Shown: positions 29,401-44,325, numbered from the stretch's first letter. The stretch is DNA of 64,000 nt from the human T2T-CHM13v2.0 reference genome, Homo sapiens (GCF_009914755.1 NC_060939.1), one strand, 5' to 3'. Made by a program: numbers and translations. The notes: generated by a model not told the origin, from the letters alone.

Positions 29401-32400
29401 CATTGCTTTCCATTCTATTACATTCCATTGCATTCCATTCAATTCCATTAATTTCGAATCAATTACATTGCAATCCATTGCATTCGAGTTCTATTCCAGT
29501 CCATTGCATTCCGGCGCATGCCGTTCCATTCCATTCCATTCGCTTCCGTTCCATTCGAATCAATTGCATTGCAATGCTTTACATTCGAGTCCGTTTTATT
29601 CCAGTCCAATCCATTCCGGTCCATTCCGTTCGATTCCATTCCATTCGATGCCACTCCATACTATTGTATTTCATTCGATTCCATTCTATTCAAATAAATT
29701 CCATTCGAGACCATTCCTTTCGAGTCCATTCTATTTGAGTCCATTCCATTCGAGTCCATTATATTTGGGTCCATTCCATTCAATTCCATTGCAATCCATT
29801 CCATTCGATGTCACTCCATTCATTTTTATTCCATTAGAGTCCATGTCATTGGAGTCCATTCCATTCTATTCTATTCCACTCCATTTCATTCCATTCCACT
29901 CCATTCCATTCGTTGCCGTTCCATTCAATTCTATTATATTCCACTCCATTTACTTCCATTCCATTCCATTCCATTCTATCCAATTCCGTTCCATTCTATT
30001 CCTTCAAAGTCCATTCCATTCCATTCCATTCGTTTCCATTCCATTCGAGTAAAGTCCACTCCAGTCCTTTCCATTCGAGTCCATTCCTCTCCAGTCCATT
30101 CCGTTCAATCCATTCCATTCCAGTCCATTCCATTCGAGTCCGTTCCATTCCAGTCCATTCCATTCGAGTCAATTCCATTCCATTCGATATCTTTCCATAA
30201 CGATCCATTCCATTCTATTCCTTTCGATTCCATTCAATTCCATTCTTTCTATTTCATTCCATTCGATTCCCTTCCATTGGACTCCTTTCCATTCGAGTGC
30301 ATTCCATTCCGTTCCATTTCTTTCTGTTCTGTATGATTCCTACCGTTCGATTTCATTTTGTTCCAGTCTATTCCTTTCAAGTGCATTCCATTCCATTTCA
30401 CTCCATTCGATTCCATTCCACTCGATTCCACTCCGTTCCATTTCACTGCATTCCATTCTACTCAATTCTATTGCATTCCATTCCATTCCATTTGATTACA
30501 TTCCATGCGATTCCATTCGAATTCGAATCAATTACATTGAAATCCATTACTATTGAGTCCGTTTTATTCCAGTCCACTCCATTCTGCTCCATTCCATTTG
30601 ATTCCATTCCATTCTATTCCATTCCGTACAGTTGCGTTCCATTGGATTCCATTCTATATCTATAAATGCAACTTGAGACCATTGCTTTTGAGTCCATTCT
30701 ATATGATTCCATTCCATTCAAGTCCATTACATTTGGTTCAATTCCATTCCATTCCATTCCCTTCCATTCCATTCCATTTGATATCAATCCATACGATTCC
30801 ATTCCATTCGAGCACATTCCATTCGAGTCCATTCCATTCGATGCCATTCCATTTGATTCTATTCCATTAGACTCCATTCAATTCCATTAATCTCCATTCC
30901 ATTCCATTCTACTCCAACTGATTCCATTCCATTCTATTCCTTTCCATTCCATTCCATTCCATTCCATTCGCTTCCATTCCATTCGTGTCCATTCCACTCC
31001 AGTCCATTCCATTCGTGTCCATTCCATTCCAGTCCATTCCATTTGTGTCCACTGCATTCCATTACACTCCATTCCATATTATTCCATTACACTCCATTCC
31101 ATTCTATTACTTTCATTTCCATTCAGTTCCATTCCATTTGATTCCATTCCACTCGGTTTCACTCCATTTGAGTCCATTCCATTCCATTCCATTCCATTCC
31201 ATTCCATTCTGTTCCATTCCATTCCATTCCATTCCATTGGGTACCATTCCATATTGTTCCATTCGATTCCATTCGAATCCATTCCATTCCAGTCCATTCC
31301 ACTCGATTCCATTCCATTCCATTCGATTCCACTTGATTCCACTCCATTCCCTTCCACTGCATTCCATTCGATTCCATTCCATTGCATTGCATTCCATTCC
31401 ATTGGATTGCATTCCATTCGATTCCATTCCATTCGAATCAATTACATAGCAATCCATTACATTCGAGTCTGTTCTATTCCGTTCCATTCGATTTCGTTCC
31501 AATCCATTCGATTCCATTCCATTCGATTCCATTCCATACTATTGCATTCCATTCGATTAAATTATACTCGAATAAATTCCATTCAAGACCATTTCTGTTG
31601 AGTCCATTCTACTTGAGACCATTCCCTTTGATTCCATAACATTTGAGTCCATTCAATTCCATTCCTTTCGTTTCCATTCCATTTGATGCCATTCCATTCA
31701 ATTCTGTTCTACTCGACTCCAGTACATTCAATTCCATTCCATACGATTCCATTAGATTCTTTTCATTTCTTATCCATTTCAAGCCATTCCATTCCATTCC
31801 ATTCCATTCCACTCGTTTCCTTTCCATTCGAGTCCATTCCACTCCAGTCCATTCCATTCGAATCCATTTCACTCCAGTCCATTCCATTCGAATCCATTTC
31901 ACTCCAGTCCATTAAATTCGAGTACATTCCATTCCATTCTATTCAATGCCATTCCATTCGATTCTATTCCATTCGACACCATTCCTTTCCATTCCGTTCC
32001 ATCCGATTCCATTCCATTGTATTCCATTCAATTCCATTCCATTGCATTCCATTCGTTTCCATTCCATTCGAATTCATTCCGCTCAAGTCCATTCCATTCG
32101 AGTCCATTCCATTCGATATCATTCCATACTATTGAATTCCATTCGATTCCATTGTTTTCGAATAAATTCCAACCGAGACCATTCCTTTCGTGTCCATTCT
32201 ATTTGACTGCATTCCATTTGAGTCCATTAAATTTCTGCACATTCCATTCCTTTCCATTCCATTCCATTCCATTCCTTTCGGTGCCATTCCATTCCACTTT
32301 AATCCATTCAAGTCCATTCCATTTGAGTCCATTCCATTGATTCGATGCCATTACATTCAATTCTATTCCATTCGACTCCATTGCATTCCATTCCCTTCCA

Positions 32401-33916
32401 AACGATTCCATTCCATTCTATTAATTTCTATTCCAATCCATTCCATTCCGTTCCATTCGTTTCCATTCCATTCGAGTCCACTCCATTCCAGTCCATTCCA
32501 TTAGATTCCATTCCATTCCAGTCCATTCCATTCAAGTCCATTCCACTGCATTCCATTCCATTCGATATCCTTCGATAGCACCCCATTCCATTCTGCTCCT
32601 TACTATTCAATTCAATTCCATTCCATTTGATTCCATTCCATTTGATTCCATTCCATTCGACTCCATTCCATTCGACTCTATTCCATTCGAGTCCATTCCA
32701 TTCCATTCCATTGCATTCCGTTCCAATCCCTATTCCATTCCATTTTGTTACTGTCCATTCCATTTGAGTCCATTCCATGACAAACCATTCCATTCGATTC
32801 CATTCCAATAGATTCCATTGCACTCGAATCCAGTGCGTTCCATTCCATTGCTTTCCATTCTATTACATTCCATTGCATTACATTCCATTCCATTTGATTG
32901 CATTCCATTCAATTCCATTAATTTCGAATCAATTACATTGCAATCCATTGCATTCGAGTTCTATTCCAGTCCATTGCATTCCGGCGCATGCCGTTCCATT
33001 CCATTCCATTCGCTTCCGTTCCATTCGAATCGATTGCATTGCAATGCTTTACATTCGAGTCCGTTTTATTCCAGTCCAATCCATTCCGGTCCATTCCGTT
33101 CGATTCCATTCCATTCGATGCCACTCCATACTATTGTATTTCATTCGATTCCATTCTATTCAAATAAATTCCATTCGAGACCATTCCTTTCGAGTCCATT
33201 CTATTTGAGTCCATTCCATTCGAGTCCATTATATTTGGGTCCATTCCATTCAATTCCATTGCAATCCATTCCATTCGATGTCACTCCATTCATTTCTATT
33301 CCATTAGAGTCCATGTCATTCGAGTCCATTCCATTCTATTCTATTCCACTCCATTTCATTCCATTCCACTCTATTCCATTCGTTGCCGTTCCATTCAATT
33401 CTATTATATTCCACTCCATTTACTTCCATTCCATTCCATTCCATTCTATCCAATTCCGTTCCATTCTATTCCTTTAAAGTCCATTCCATTCCATTCCATT
33501 CGTTTCCATTCCATTCGAGTAAAGTCCACTCCAGTCCTTTCCATTCGAGTCCATTCCTCTCCAGTCCATTCCGTTCAATCCATTCCATTCCAGTCCATTC
33601 CATTCGAGTCCGTTCCATTCCAGTCCATTCCATTCGAGTCAATTCCATTCCATTCGATATCTTTCCATAACGATCCATTCCATTCTATTCTTTTCGATTC
33701 CATTCAATTCCATTCCATTCTATTTCATTCCATTCGATTCCCTTCCATTGGACTCCTTTCCATTCGAGTGCATTCCATTCCGTTCCATTTCTTTCTGTTC
33801 TGTATGATTCCTAGCGTTCGATTTCATTTTGTTCCAGTCTATTCCTTTCAAGTCCATTCCATTCCATTTCACTCCATTCGATTCCATTCCACTCGATTCC
33901 ACTCCGTTCCATTTCA
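23479..33916 (+). repeat. Copy 2 of the ~10.37 kb three-unit tandem duplication
   Basis: Unit starts 24748, 28198 and 31643 equal 14372, 17822 and 21267 plus 10376. The match ends by 33917 (T, versus C at 23541). Confidence 0.85.
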
Positions 33917-36900
33917 TTGCATTCCATTCTATTCAATTCTATTACATTCCATTCCATTCCATTTGATTACATTCCATGCGATTCCATTCGAATTCGAATC
34001 AATTACATTGCAATCCATTACTATTGAGTCCGTTTTATTCCAGTCCACTCCATTCTGGTCCATTCCATTTGATTCCATTCCATTCTATTCCATTCCGTAC
34101 AGTTGCATTCCGTTGGATTCCATTCTATATCTATAAATTCAACTCGAGACAATTGCTTTTGAGTCCATTCTATATGATTCCATTCCATTCAAGTCCATTA
34201 CATTTGGTTCAATTCCATTCCATTCCATTCCCTTCCATTCCATTCCATTTGATATCAATCCATTCGATTCCATTCCATTCGAGCACATTCCATTCGAGTC
34301 CATTCCATTCGATGCCATTCCATTTGATTCTATTCCATAAGTCTCCATTCAATTCCATTAATCTCCATTCCATTCCATTCTACTCCAACTGATTCCATTC
34401 CATTCTATTCCTTTCCATTCCATTCCATTCCATTCCATTCGCTTCCATTCCATTCGTGTCCATTCCACTCCAGTCCATTCTGTTCGTGTCCATTCCATTC
34501 CAGTCCATTCCATTTGTGTCCACTGCATTCCATTCCACTCCATTCCATATTATTCCATTACACTCCATTCCATTCTATTACTTTCATTTCCATTCAGTTC
34601 CATTCCATTTGATTCCATTCCACTCGGTTTCACTCCATTTGAGTCCATTCCATTCCATTCCATTCCATTACATTCCATTCAGTTCCATTCCATTCTGTTC
34701 CATTCCATTCCATTCCATTCCGTACCATTCCATATTGTTCCATTCGATTCCATTCGAATCCATTCCATTCCAGTCCATTCCATTCGATTGCATTCCATTC
34801 CTTTCAATTCCATTCCATTCCATTCGATTCCACTTGATTCCACTCCATTCCCTTCCACTGCATTCCATTCGATTCCATTCCATTGCATTGCATTCCATTC
34901 CATTAGATTGCATTCCATTCGATTCCATTCCATTCCAATCAATTACATAGCAATCCATTACATTCGAGTCTATTCTATTCCGTTCCATTCGATTTCGTTC
35001 CAATCCATTCGATTCCATTCCATTCGATTCCATTCCATACTATTGCATTCCATTCGATTAAATTATATTCGAATAAATTCCATTCAAGACCATTTCTGTT
35101 GAGTCCATTCTACTTGAGTCCACTCCCTTTGATCCCATAAAATTTCAGTCCATTCAATTCCATTCCTTTCGTTTCCATTCCATTTGATGCCATTCCATTC
35201 AATTCTGTTCTACTCGACTCCAATACATTCAATTCCATTCCATCCGATTCCATTACATTCTTTTCATTTCTTATCCATTTCAAGCCATTCCATTCCATTC
35301 CATTCCATTCCACTCGTTTCCTTTCCATTCGAGTCCATTCCACTCCTGTCCATTCCATTCGAATCCATTTCACTCCAGTCCATTCCATTCGAATCCATTT
35401 CACTCCAGTCCATTAAATTCGAGTACATTCCATTCCATTCTATTCAATGCCATTCCATTCGATTCTATTCCATTCGACACCATTCCTTTCCATTCCGTTC
35501 CATCCGATTCCATTCCATTGTATTCCATTCAATTCCATTCCATTGCATTCCATTCGTTTCCATTCCATTAGAATTCATTCCACTCAAGTCCATTCCATTC
35601 GAGTCCATTCCATTCGATATCATTCCATACTATTGCATTCCATTCGATTCCATTTTTTTCGAATAAATTCCAACCGAGACCATTCCTTTCGTGTCCATTC
35701 TATTTGACTGCATTCCATTTGAGTCGATTACATTTGTGCACATTCCATTCCTTTCCATTCCATTCCATTCTATTCCATTCCTTTCGGTGCCATTCCTTTA
35801 CACTCCAATCCTTTCAAGTCCATTCCATTTGAGTCCATTCCATTGATTCGATGCCATTACATTCAATTCCATTCCATTCGACTCCATTCCATTCCATTCC
35901 CTTCCAAACGATTCCATTCCATTCTATTACTTTCTATTCCAATCCATTCCATTCCGTTCCATTCGTTTCCATTCCATTCGAGTCCACTCCATTCCAGTCC
36001 ATTCCAATCGATTCCGTTCCATTCCAGTCCATTCCATTCAAGTCCATTCCACTCCATTCCATTCCATTCGATATCTTTCGATAACACCCCATTCCATTCT
36101 GCTCCTTACTATTCAATTCAATTCCATTCCATTTGATTCCATTTCATTTGATTACATTCCATTCGACTCCATTCCATTCGACTCTATTCCATTCGAGTCC
36201 ATTCCATTCCATTCCATTGCATTCCGTTCCAATCCCTATTCCATTCCATTTTGTTACTGTCCATTCCATTTGAGTCCATTCCATGCCAAACCATTCCATT
36301 CGATTCCATTCCAATAGATTCCATTGCACTCGAATCCAGTGCGTTCCATTCCATTGCTTTCCATTCTATTACATTCCATTGCATTACATTCCATTCCATT
36401 TGATTGCATTCCATTCAATTCCATTAATTTCGAATCAATTACATTGCAATCCATTGCATTCGAGTTCTATTCCAGTCCATTGCATTCCGGCGCATTCCGT
36501 TCCATTCCATTCCATTCGATTCCGTTACATTCGTATCGATTGCATTGCAATGCTTTACATTCGAGTCTGTTTTATTCCAGTCCAATCCATTCCGGTCCAT
36601 TCCGTTCGATTCCATTCCATTCGATGCCACTCCATACTACTGTATTTCATTCGATTCCATTCTATTCAAATAAATTCCATTCGAGACCATTCCTTTCGAG
36701 TCCATTCTATTTGAGTCCATTCCATTCGAGTCCATTATATTTGGGTCCATTCCATTCGATGTCACTCCATTCATTTCTATTCCATTAGAGTCCATGTCAT
36801 TCGAGTCCATTCCATTCTATTCTATTCCACTCCATTCCATTCCATTCCACTCCATTCCATTCGTTGCCGTTCCATTCAATTCTATTATATTCCACTCCAT

Positions 36901-39900
36901 TTAATTCCATTCCATTCCATTCCATTCTATCCAATTCCGTTCCATTCTATTCCTTTAAAGTCCATTCCATTCCATTCCATTCGTTTCCATTCCATTCGAG
37001 TAAAGTCCACTCCAGTCCTTTCCATTCGAGTCCATTCCTCTCCAGTCCATTCCGTTCAATCCATTCCATTCCAGTCCATTCCATTCGAGTCCGTTCCATT
37101 CCAGTCCATTCCATTCGAGTCAATTCCATTCCATTCGATATCTTTCCATAACGATCCATTCCATTCTATTCTTTTCGATTCCATTCAATTCCATTCCATT
37201 CTATTTCATTCCATTCGATTCCCTTCCATTGGACTCCTTTCCATTCGAGTGCATTCCATTCCGTTCCATTTCTTTCTGTTCTGTATGATTCCTAGCGTTC
37301 GATTTCATTTTGTTCCAGTCTATTCCTTTCAAGTCCATTCCATTCCATTTCACTCCATTCGATTCCATTCCACTCGATTCCACTCCGTTCCATTTCATTG
37401 CATTCCATTCTATTCAATTCTATTACATTCCATTCCATTCCATTTGATTACATTCCATGCGATTCCATTCGAATTCGAATCAATTACATTGCAATCCATT
37501 ACTATTGAGTCCGTTTTATTCCAGTCCACTCCATTCTGGTCCATTCCATTTGATTCCATTCCATTCTATTCCATTCCGTACAGTTGCATTCCGTTGGATT
37601 CCATTCTATATCTATAAATTCAACTCGAGACAATTGCTTTTGAGTCCATTCTATATGATTCCATTCCATTCAAGTCCATTACATTTGGTTCAATTCCATT
37701 CCATTCCATTCCCTTCCATTCCATTCCATTTGATATCAATCCATTCGATTCCATTCCATTCGAGCACATTCCATTCGAGTCCATTCCATTCGATGCCATT
37801 CCATTTGATTCTATTCCATAAGTCTCCATTCAATTCCATTAATCTCCATTCCATTCCATTCTACTCCAACTGATTCCATTCCATTCTATTCCTTTCCATT
37901 CCATTCCATTCCATTCCATTCGCTTCCATTCCATTCGTGTCCATTCCACTCCAGTCCATTCTGTTCGTGTCCATTCCATTCCAGTCCATTCCATTTGTGT
38001 CCACTGCATTCCATTCCACTCCATTCCATATTATTCCATTACACTCCATTCCATTCTATTACTTTCATTTCCATTCAGTTCCATTCCATTTGATTCCATT
38101 CCACTCGGTTTCACTCCATTTGAGTCCATTCCATTCCATTCCATTCCATTACATTCCATTCAGTTCCATTCCATTCTGTTCCATTCCATTCCATTCCATT
38201 CCGTACCAGTCCATATAGTTCCATTCGATTCCATTCGAATCCATTCCATTCCAGTCCATTCCATTCGATTGCATTCCATTCCTTTCAATTCCATTCCATT
38301 CCATTCGATTCCACTTGATTCCACTCCATTCCCTTCCACTGCATTCCATTCGATTCCATTCCATTGCATTGCATTCCATTCCATTAGATTGCATTCCATT
38401 CGATTCCATTCCATTCCAATCAATTACATAGCAATCCATTACATTCGAGTCTATTCTATTCCGTTCCATTCGATTTCGTTCCAATCCATTCGATTCCATT
38501 CCATTCGATTCCATTCCATACTATTGCATTCCATTCGATTAAATTATATTCGAATAAATTCCATTCAAGACCATTTCTGTTGAGTCCATTCTACTTGAGT
38601 CCATTCCCTTTGATCCCATAAAATTTCAGTCCATTCAATTCCATTCCTTTCGTTTCCATTCCATTTGATGCCATTCCATTCAATTCTGTTCTACTCGACT
38701 CCAATACATTCAATTCCATTCCATCCGATTCCATTACATTCTTTTCATTTCTTATCCATTTCAAGCCATTCCATTCCATTCCATTCCATTCCACTCGTTT
38801 CCTTTCCATTCGAGTCCATTCCACTCCTGTCCATTCCATTCGAATCCATTTCACTCCAGTCCATTCCATTCGAATCCATTTCACTCCAGTCCATTAAATT
38901 CGAGTACATTCCATTCCATTCTATTCAATGCCATTCCATTCGATTCTATTCCATTCGACACCATTCCTTTCCATTCCGTTCCATCCGATTCCATTCCATT
39001 GTATTCCATTCAATTCCATTCCATTGCATTCCATTCGTTTCCATTCCATTAGAATTCATTCCACTCAAGTCCATTCCATTCGAGTCCATTCCATTCGATA
39101 TCATTCCATACTATTGCATTCCATTAGATTCCATTTTTTTCGAATAAATTCCAACCGAGACCATTCCTTTCGTGTCCATTCTATTTGACTGCATTCCATT
39201 TGAGTCGATTACATTTCTGCACATTCCATTCCTTTCCATTCCATTCCATTCTATTCCATTCTTTCGGTGCCATTCCTTTACACTCCAATCCTTTCAAGTC
39301 CATTCCATTTGAGTCCATTCCATTGATTCGATGCCATTACATTCAATTCCATTCCATTCGACTCCATTCCATTCCATTCCCTTCCAAACGATTCCATTCC
39401 ATTCTATTACTTTCTATTCCAATCCATTCCATTCCGTTCCATTCGTTTCCATTCCATTCGAGTCCACTCCATTCCAGTCCATTCCAATCGATTCCGTTCC
39501 ATTCCAGTCCATTCCATTCAAGTCCATTCCACTCCATTCCATTCCATTCGATATCTTTCGATAACACCCCATTCCATTCTGCTCCTTACTATTCAATTCA
39601 ATTCCATTCCATTTGATTCCATTCCATTTGATTACATTCCATTCGACTCCATTCCATTCGACTCTATTCCATTCGAGTCCATTCCATTCCATTCCATTGC
39701 ATTCCGTTCGAATCCCTATTCCATTCCATTTTGTTACTGTCCATTCCATTTGAGTCCATTCCATGACAAACCATTCCATTCGATTCCATTCCAATAGATT
39801 CTATTGCACTCGAATCCAGTGCGTTCCATTCCATTGCTTTCCATTCTATTACATTCCATTGCATTACATTCCATTCCATTTGATTGCATTCCATTCAATT

Positions 39901-40675
39901 CCATTAATTTCGAATCAATTACATTGCAATCCATTGCATTCGAGTTCTATTCCAGTCCATTGCATTCCGGCGCATTCCGTTCCATTCCATTCCATTCGAT
40001 TCCGTTCCATTCGTATCGATTGCATTGCAATGCTTTACATTCGAGTCCGTTTTATTCCAGTCCAATCCATTCCGGTCCATTCCGTTCGATTCCATTCCAT
40101 TCGATGCCACTCCATACTACTGTATTTCATTCGATTCCATTCTATTCAAATAAATTCCATTCGAGACCATTCCTTTCGAGTCCATTCTATTTGAGTCCAT
40201 TCCATTCGAGTCCATAATATTTGGGTCCATTCCATTCAATTCCATTGCAATCCATTCCATTCGATGTCACGCCATTCATTTCTATTCCATTAGAGTCCAT
40301 GTCATTCGAGTCCATTCCATTCTATTCTATTCCACTCCATTCCATTCCATTCCACTCCATTCCATTTGTTGCCGTTCCATTCAATTCTATTATATTCCAC
40401 TCCATTTAATTCCATTCCATTCCATTCCATTCCATTCTATCCAATTCCGTTCCATTCTATTCCTTTAAAGTCCATTCCATTCCATTCCATACGTTTCCAT
40501 TCCATTCGAGTAAAGTCCACTCCAGTCTTTTCCATTCGAGTCCATTCCTCTCCAGTCCATTCCGTTCAATCCATTCCATTCCAGTCCATTCCATTCGAGT
40601 CCGTTCCGTTCCAGTCCATTCCATTCGAGTCAATTCCATTCCATTCGATATCTTTCCATAACGATCCATTCCATT
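33720..40675 (+). repeat. Pair of sister long units, offset about 3481 bp
   Basis: Shared private variants: KpnI lost (CGTACC at 34721 and 38202), GATCCCATAAAATTTCAG, CACTCCTGTCC, CATTTTTTTCG, GAGTCGATTAC, CCTTTACACTCCAATCCTTTC and TCGTATCGAT. Confidence 0.75.
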
Positions 40676-43600
40676 GATTCTATTCCATAAGTCTCCATTC
40701 AATTCCATTAATCTCCATTCCATTCCATTCTACTCCAGCTGATTCCATTCCATTCTATTCCTTTCCATTCCATTCCATTCCATTCGCTTCCATTCCATTC
40801 GTGTCCATTCCATTCCAGTCCATTCTGTTCGTGTCCATTCCATTCCAGTCCATTCCATTTGTGTCCACTGCATTCCATTCCACTCCATTCCATATTATTC
40901 CATTACACTCCATTCCATTTTATTACTTTCATTTCCATTCAGTTCCATTCCATTTGATTCCATTCCACTCGGTTTCACTCCACTTGAGTCCATTCCATTC
41001 CATTCCATTCCATTCTGTTCCATTCCATTCCATTCCATTCCATTCCATTCCATTCGGTACCATTCCATATTGTTCCATTCGATTCCATTCGAATCCATTC
41101 CATTCCAGTCCATTCCATTCGATTCCATTCCATTCCTTTCAATTCCATTCCATTCCATTCCATTCCACTTGATTCCACTCCATTCCCTTCCACTGCATTC
41201 CATTCAATTCCATTCCATTGCATTGCATTCCATTCCATTGGATTGCATTCCATTCGATTCCATTCCATTCGAATCAATTACATAGCAGTCCATTACATTC
41301 GAGTCTGTTCTATTCCGTTGCACTCGATTTCGTTCCAATCCATTCGATTCCATTCCATTCGATTCCATTCCATACTATTGCATTCCATTCGATTAAATTA
41401 TATTCGAATAAATTCCATTCAAGACCATTTCTGTTGAGTCCATTCTACTTGAGTCCATTCCCTTTGATTCCATAACATTTGAGTCCATTCAATTCCATTC
41501 CTTTCGTTTCCATTCCATTTGATGCCATTCCATTCAATTCTGTTCTACTCGACTCCAATACATTCAATTCCATTCCATTCGATTCCATTACATTCTTTTC
41601 ATTTCTTATCCATTTCAAGCCATTCCATTCCATTCCATTCCACTCGTTTCCTTTCCATTCGAGTCCATTCCACTCCAGTCCATTCCATTCGAATCCATTT
41701 CACTCCAGTCCATTCCATTCGAATCCGTTTCACTCCAGTCCATTAAATTCGAGTACATTCCATTCCATTCTATTCAATGCCATTCCATTCGATTCTATTC
41801 CATTCGACACCATTCCTTTCCATTCCGTTCCATCCGATTCCATTCCATTGTATTCCATTCAATTCCATTCCATTGCATTCCATTCGTTTCCATTCCATTC
41901 GAATTCATTCCACTCAAGTCCATTCCATTCGAGTCCATTCCATTCGATATCATTCCATACTATTGCATTCCATTCGATTCCATTGTTTTCGAATAAATTC
42001 CAACCGAGACCATTCCTTTCGTGTCCTTTCTATTTGACTGCATTCCATTTGAGTCCATTAAATTTCTGCACATTCCATTCCTTTCCATTCCATTCCATTC
42101 CATTCCTTTCGGTGCCATTCCATTCCACTCTACTCCATTCAAGTCCATTCCATTTGAGTCCATTCCATTGATTCGATGCCATTACATTCAATTCTATTCC
42201 ATTCGTATCCATTCCATTCCATTTCCTTCCAAACGATTCCATTCCATTCTATTACTTTCTATTCCAATCCATTCCATTCCGTTCCATTCGTTTCCATTCC
42301 ATTCGAGTCCACTCCGTTCCATTCCATTCCATTCGATTCCATTCCATTCCAGTCCATTCCATTCAAGTCCATTCCACTCCATTACATTCCATTCGATATC
42401 TTTTGATAACACCCCATTCCATTCTGCTCCTTACAATTCAATTCAATTCCAGTCCATTTGATTCCATTCCATTTGATTACATTCCATTCGACTCCATTCC
42501 ATTCGACTCTATTCCATTCGAGTCCACTCCATTCCATTCCATTGCATTCCGTTCGAATCCCTATTCCATTCCATTTTGTTACTGTCCATTCCATTTGAGT
42601 CCATTCCATGCCAAACCATTCCATTCGATTCCATTCCAATAGATTCCATTGCACTCGAATCCAGTGCGTTCCATTCCATTGCTTTCCATTCTATTACATT
42701 CCATTGCATTACATTCCATTCCATTTGATTGCATTCCATTCAATTCCATTAATTTCGAATCAATTACATTGCAATCCATTGCATTCGAGTTCTATTCCAG
42801 TCCATTGCATTCCGGCGCATTCCGTTCCATTCCATTCCATTCGATTCCGTTCCATTCGAATCGATTGCATTGCAATGCATTACATTCGAGTCCGTTTTAT
42901 TCCAGTCCAATCCATTCCGGTCCATTCCGTTCGATTCCATTCCATTCGATGCCACTCCATACTATTGTATTTCATTCGATTCCATTCTATTCAAATAAAT
43001 TCCATTCGAGACCATTCCTTTCATGTCCATTCTATTTGAGTCCATTCCATTCGAGTCCATTATATTTGGGTCCATTCCGTTCAATTGCATTGCAATCCAT
43101 TCCATTCGATGTCACTCCATTCATTTCTATTCCATTAGAGTCCATGTCAATCGAGTCCATTCCATTCTATTCTATTCCACTCCATTCCATTCCATTCCAC
43201 TCCATTCCATTCGTTGCCGTTCCATTCAATTCTATTATATTCCACTCCATTTAATTCCATTCCATTCCATTCCATTCCATTCTATCCAATTCCGTTCCAT
43301 TCTATTCCTTTAAACTCCATTCCATTCCATTGCATTCCTTTCCATTCCATTCGAGTAAAGTCCACTCCAGTCCTTTCCATTCGAGTCCATTCCTCTCCAG
43401 TCCATTCCGTTCAATCCATTCCATTCCAGTCCATTCCATTCGAGTCCGTTCCATTCCAGTCCATTCCATTCGAGTCAATTCCATTCCATTCGATATCTTT
43501 CCATAACGATCCATTCCATTCTATTCCTTTCGATTCCATTCAATTCCATTCCATTCTATTTCATTCCATTGGATTCCCTTCCATTGGACTTCTTTCCATT

Positions 43601-44215
43601 CGAGTGCATTCCATTCCGTTCCATTTCTTTCTGTTCTGTATGATTCCTACTGTTCGATTTCATTTTGTTCCAGTCTATTCCTTTCAAGTCCATTCCATTC
43701 CATTTCACTCCATTCGATTCCATTCCACTCGATTCCACTCCGTTCCATTTCATTGCATTCCATTCTATTTAATTCTATTGCATTCCATTCCATTCCATTT
43801 GATTACATTCCATGCGATTCCATTCGAATTCGAATCAATTACATTGAAATCCATTACTATTGAGTCCGTTTTATTCCAGTCCACTCCATTCTGGTCCATT
43901 CCATTTGATTCCATTCCATTCTATTCCATTCCGTACAGTTGCATTCCATTGGATTCCATTCTATATCTATAAATGCAACTAGAGACCATTGCTTTTGAGT
44001 CCATTCTATATGATTCCATTCCATTCAAGTCCATTACATTTGGTTCAATTCCATTCCATTTCATTCCCTTCCATTCCATTCCATTTGATATCAATCCATT
44101 CGATTCCATTCCATTCGAGCACATTCCATTCGAGTCCATTCCATTCGATGCCATTCCATTTGATTCTATTCCATAAGTCTCCATTCAATTCCATTAATCT
44201 ACATTCCATTCCATT

Positions 44216-44325
44216 CTACTCCAACTGATTCCATTCCATTCTATTCCTTTCCATTCCATTCCATTCCATTCTACTCCAACTGATTCCATTCCATTCTATT
44301 CCTTTCCATTCCATTCCATTCCATT
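44216..44325 (+). repeat. 55 bp tandem duplication private to one unit
   Basis: CTACTCCAACTGATTCC...CTATTCCTTTCC starts at both 44216 and 44271. Confidence 0.85.
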
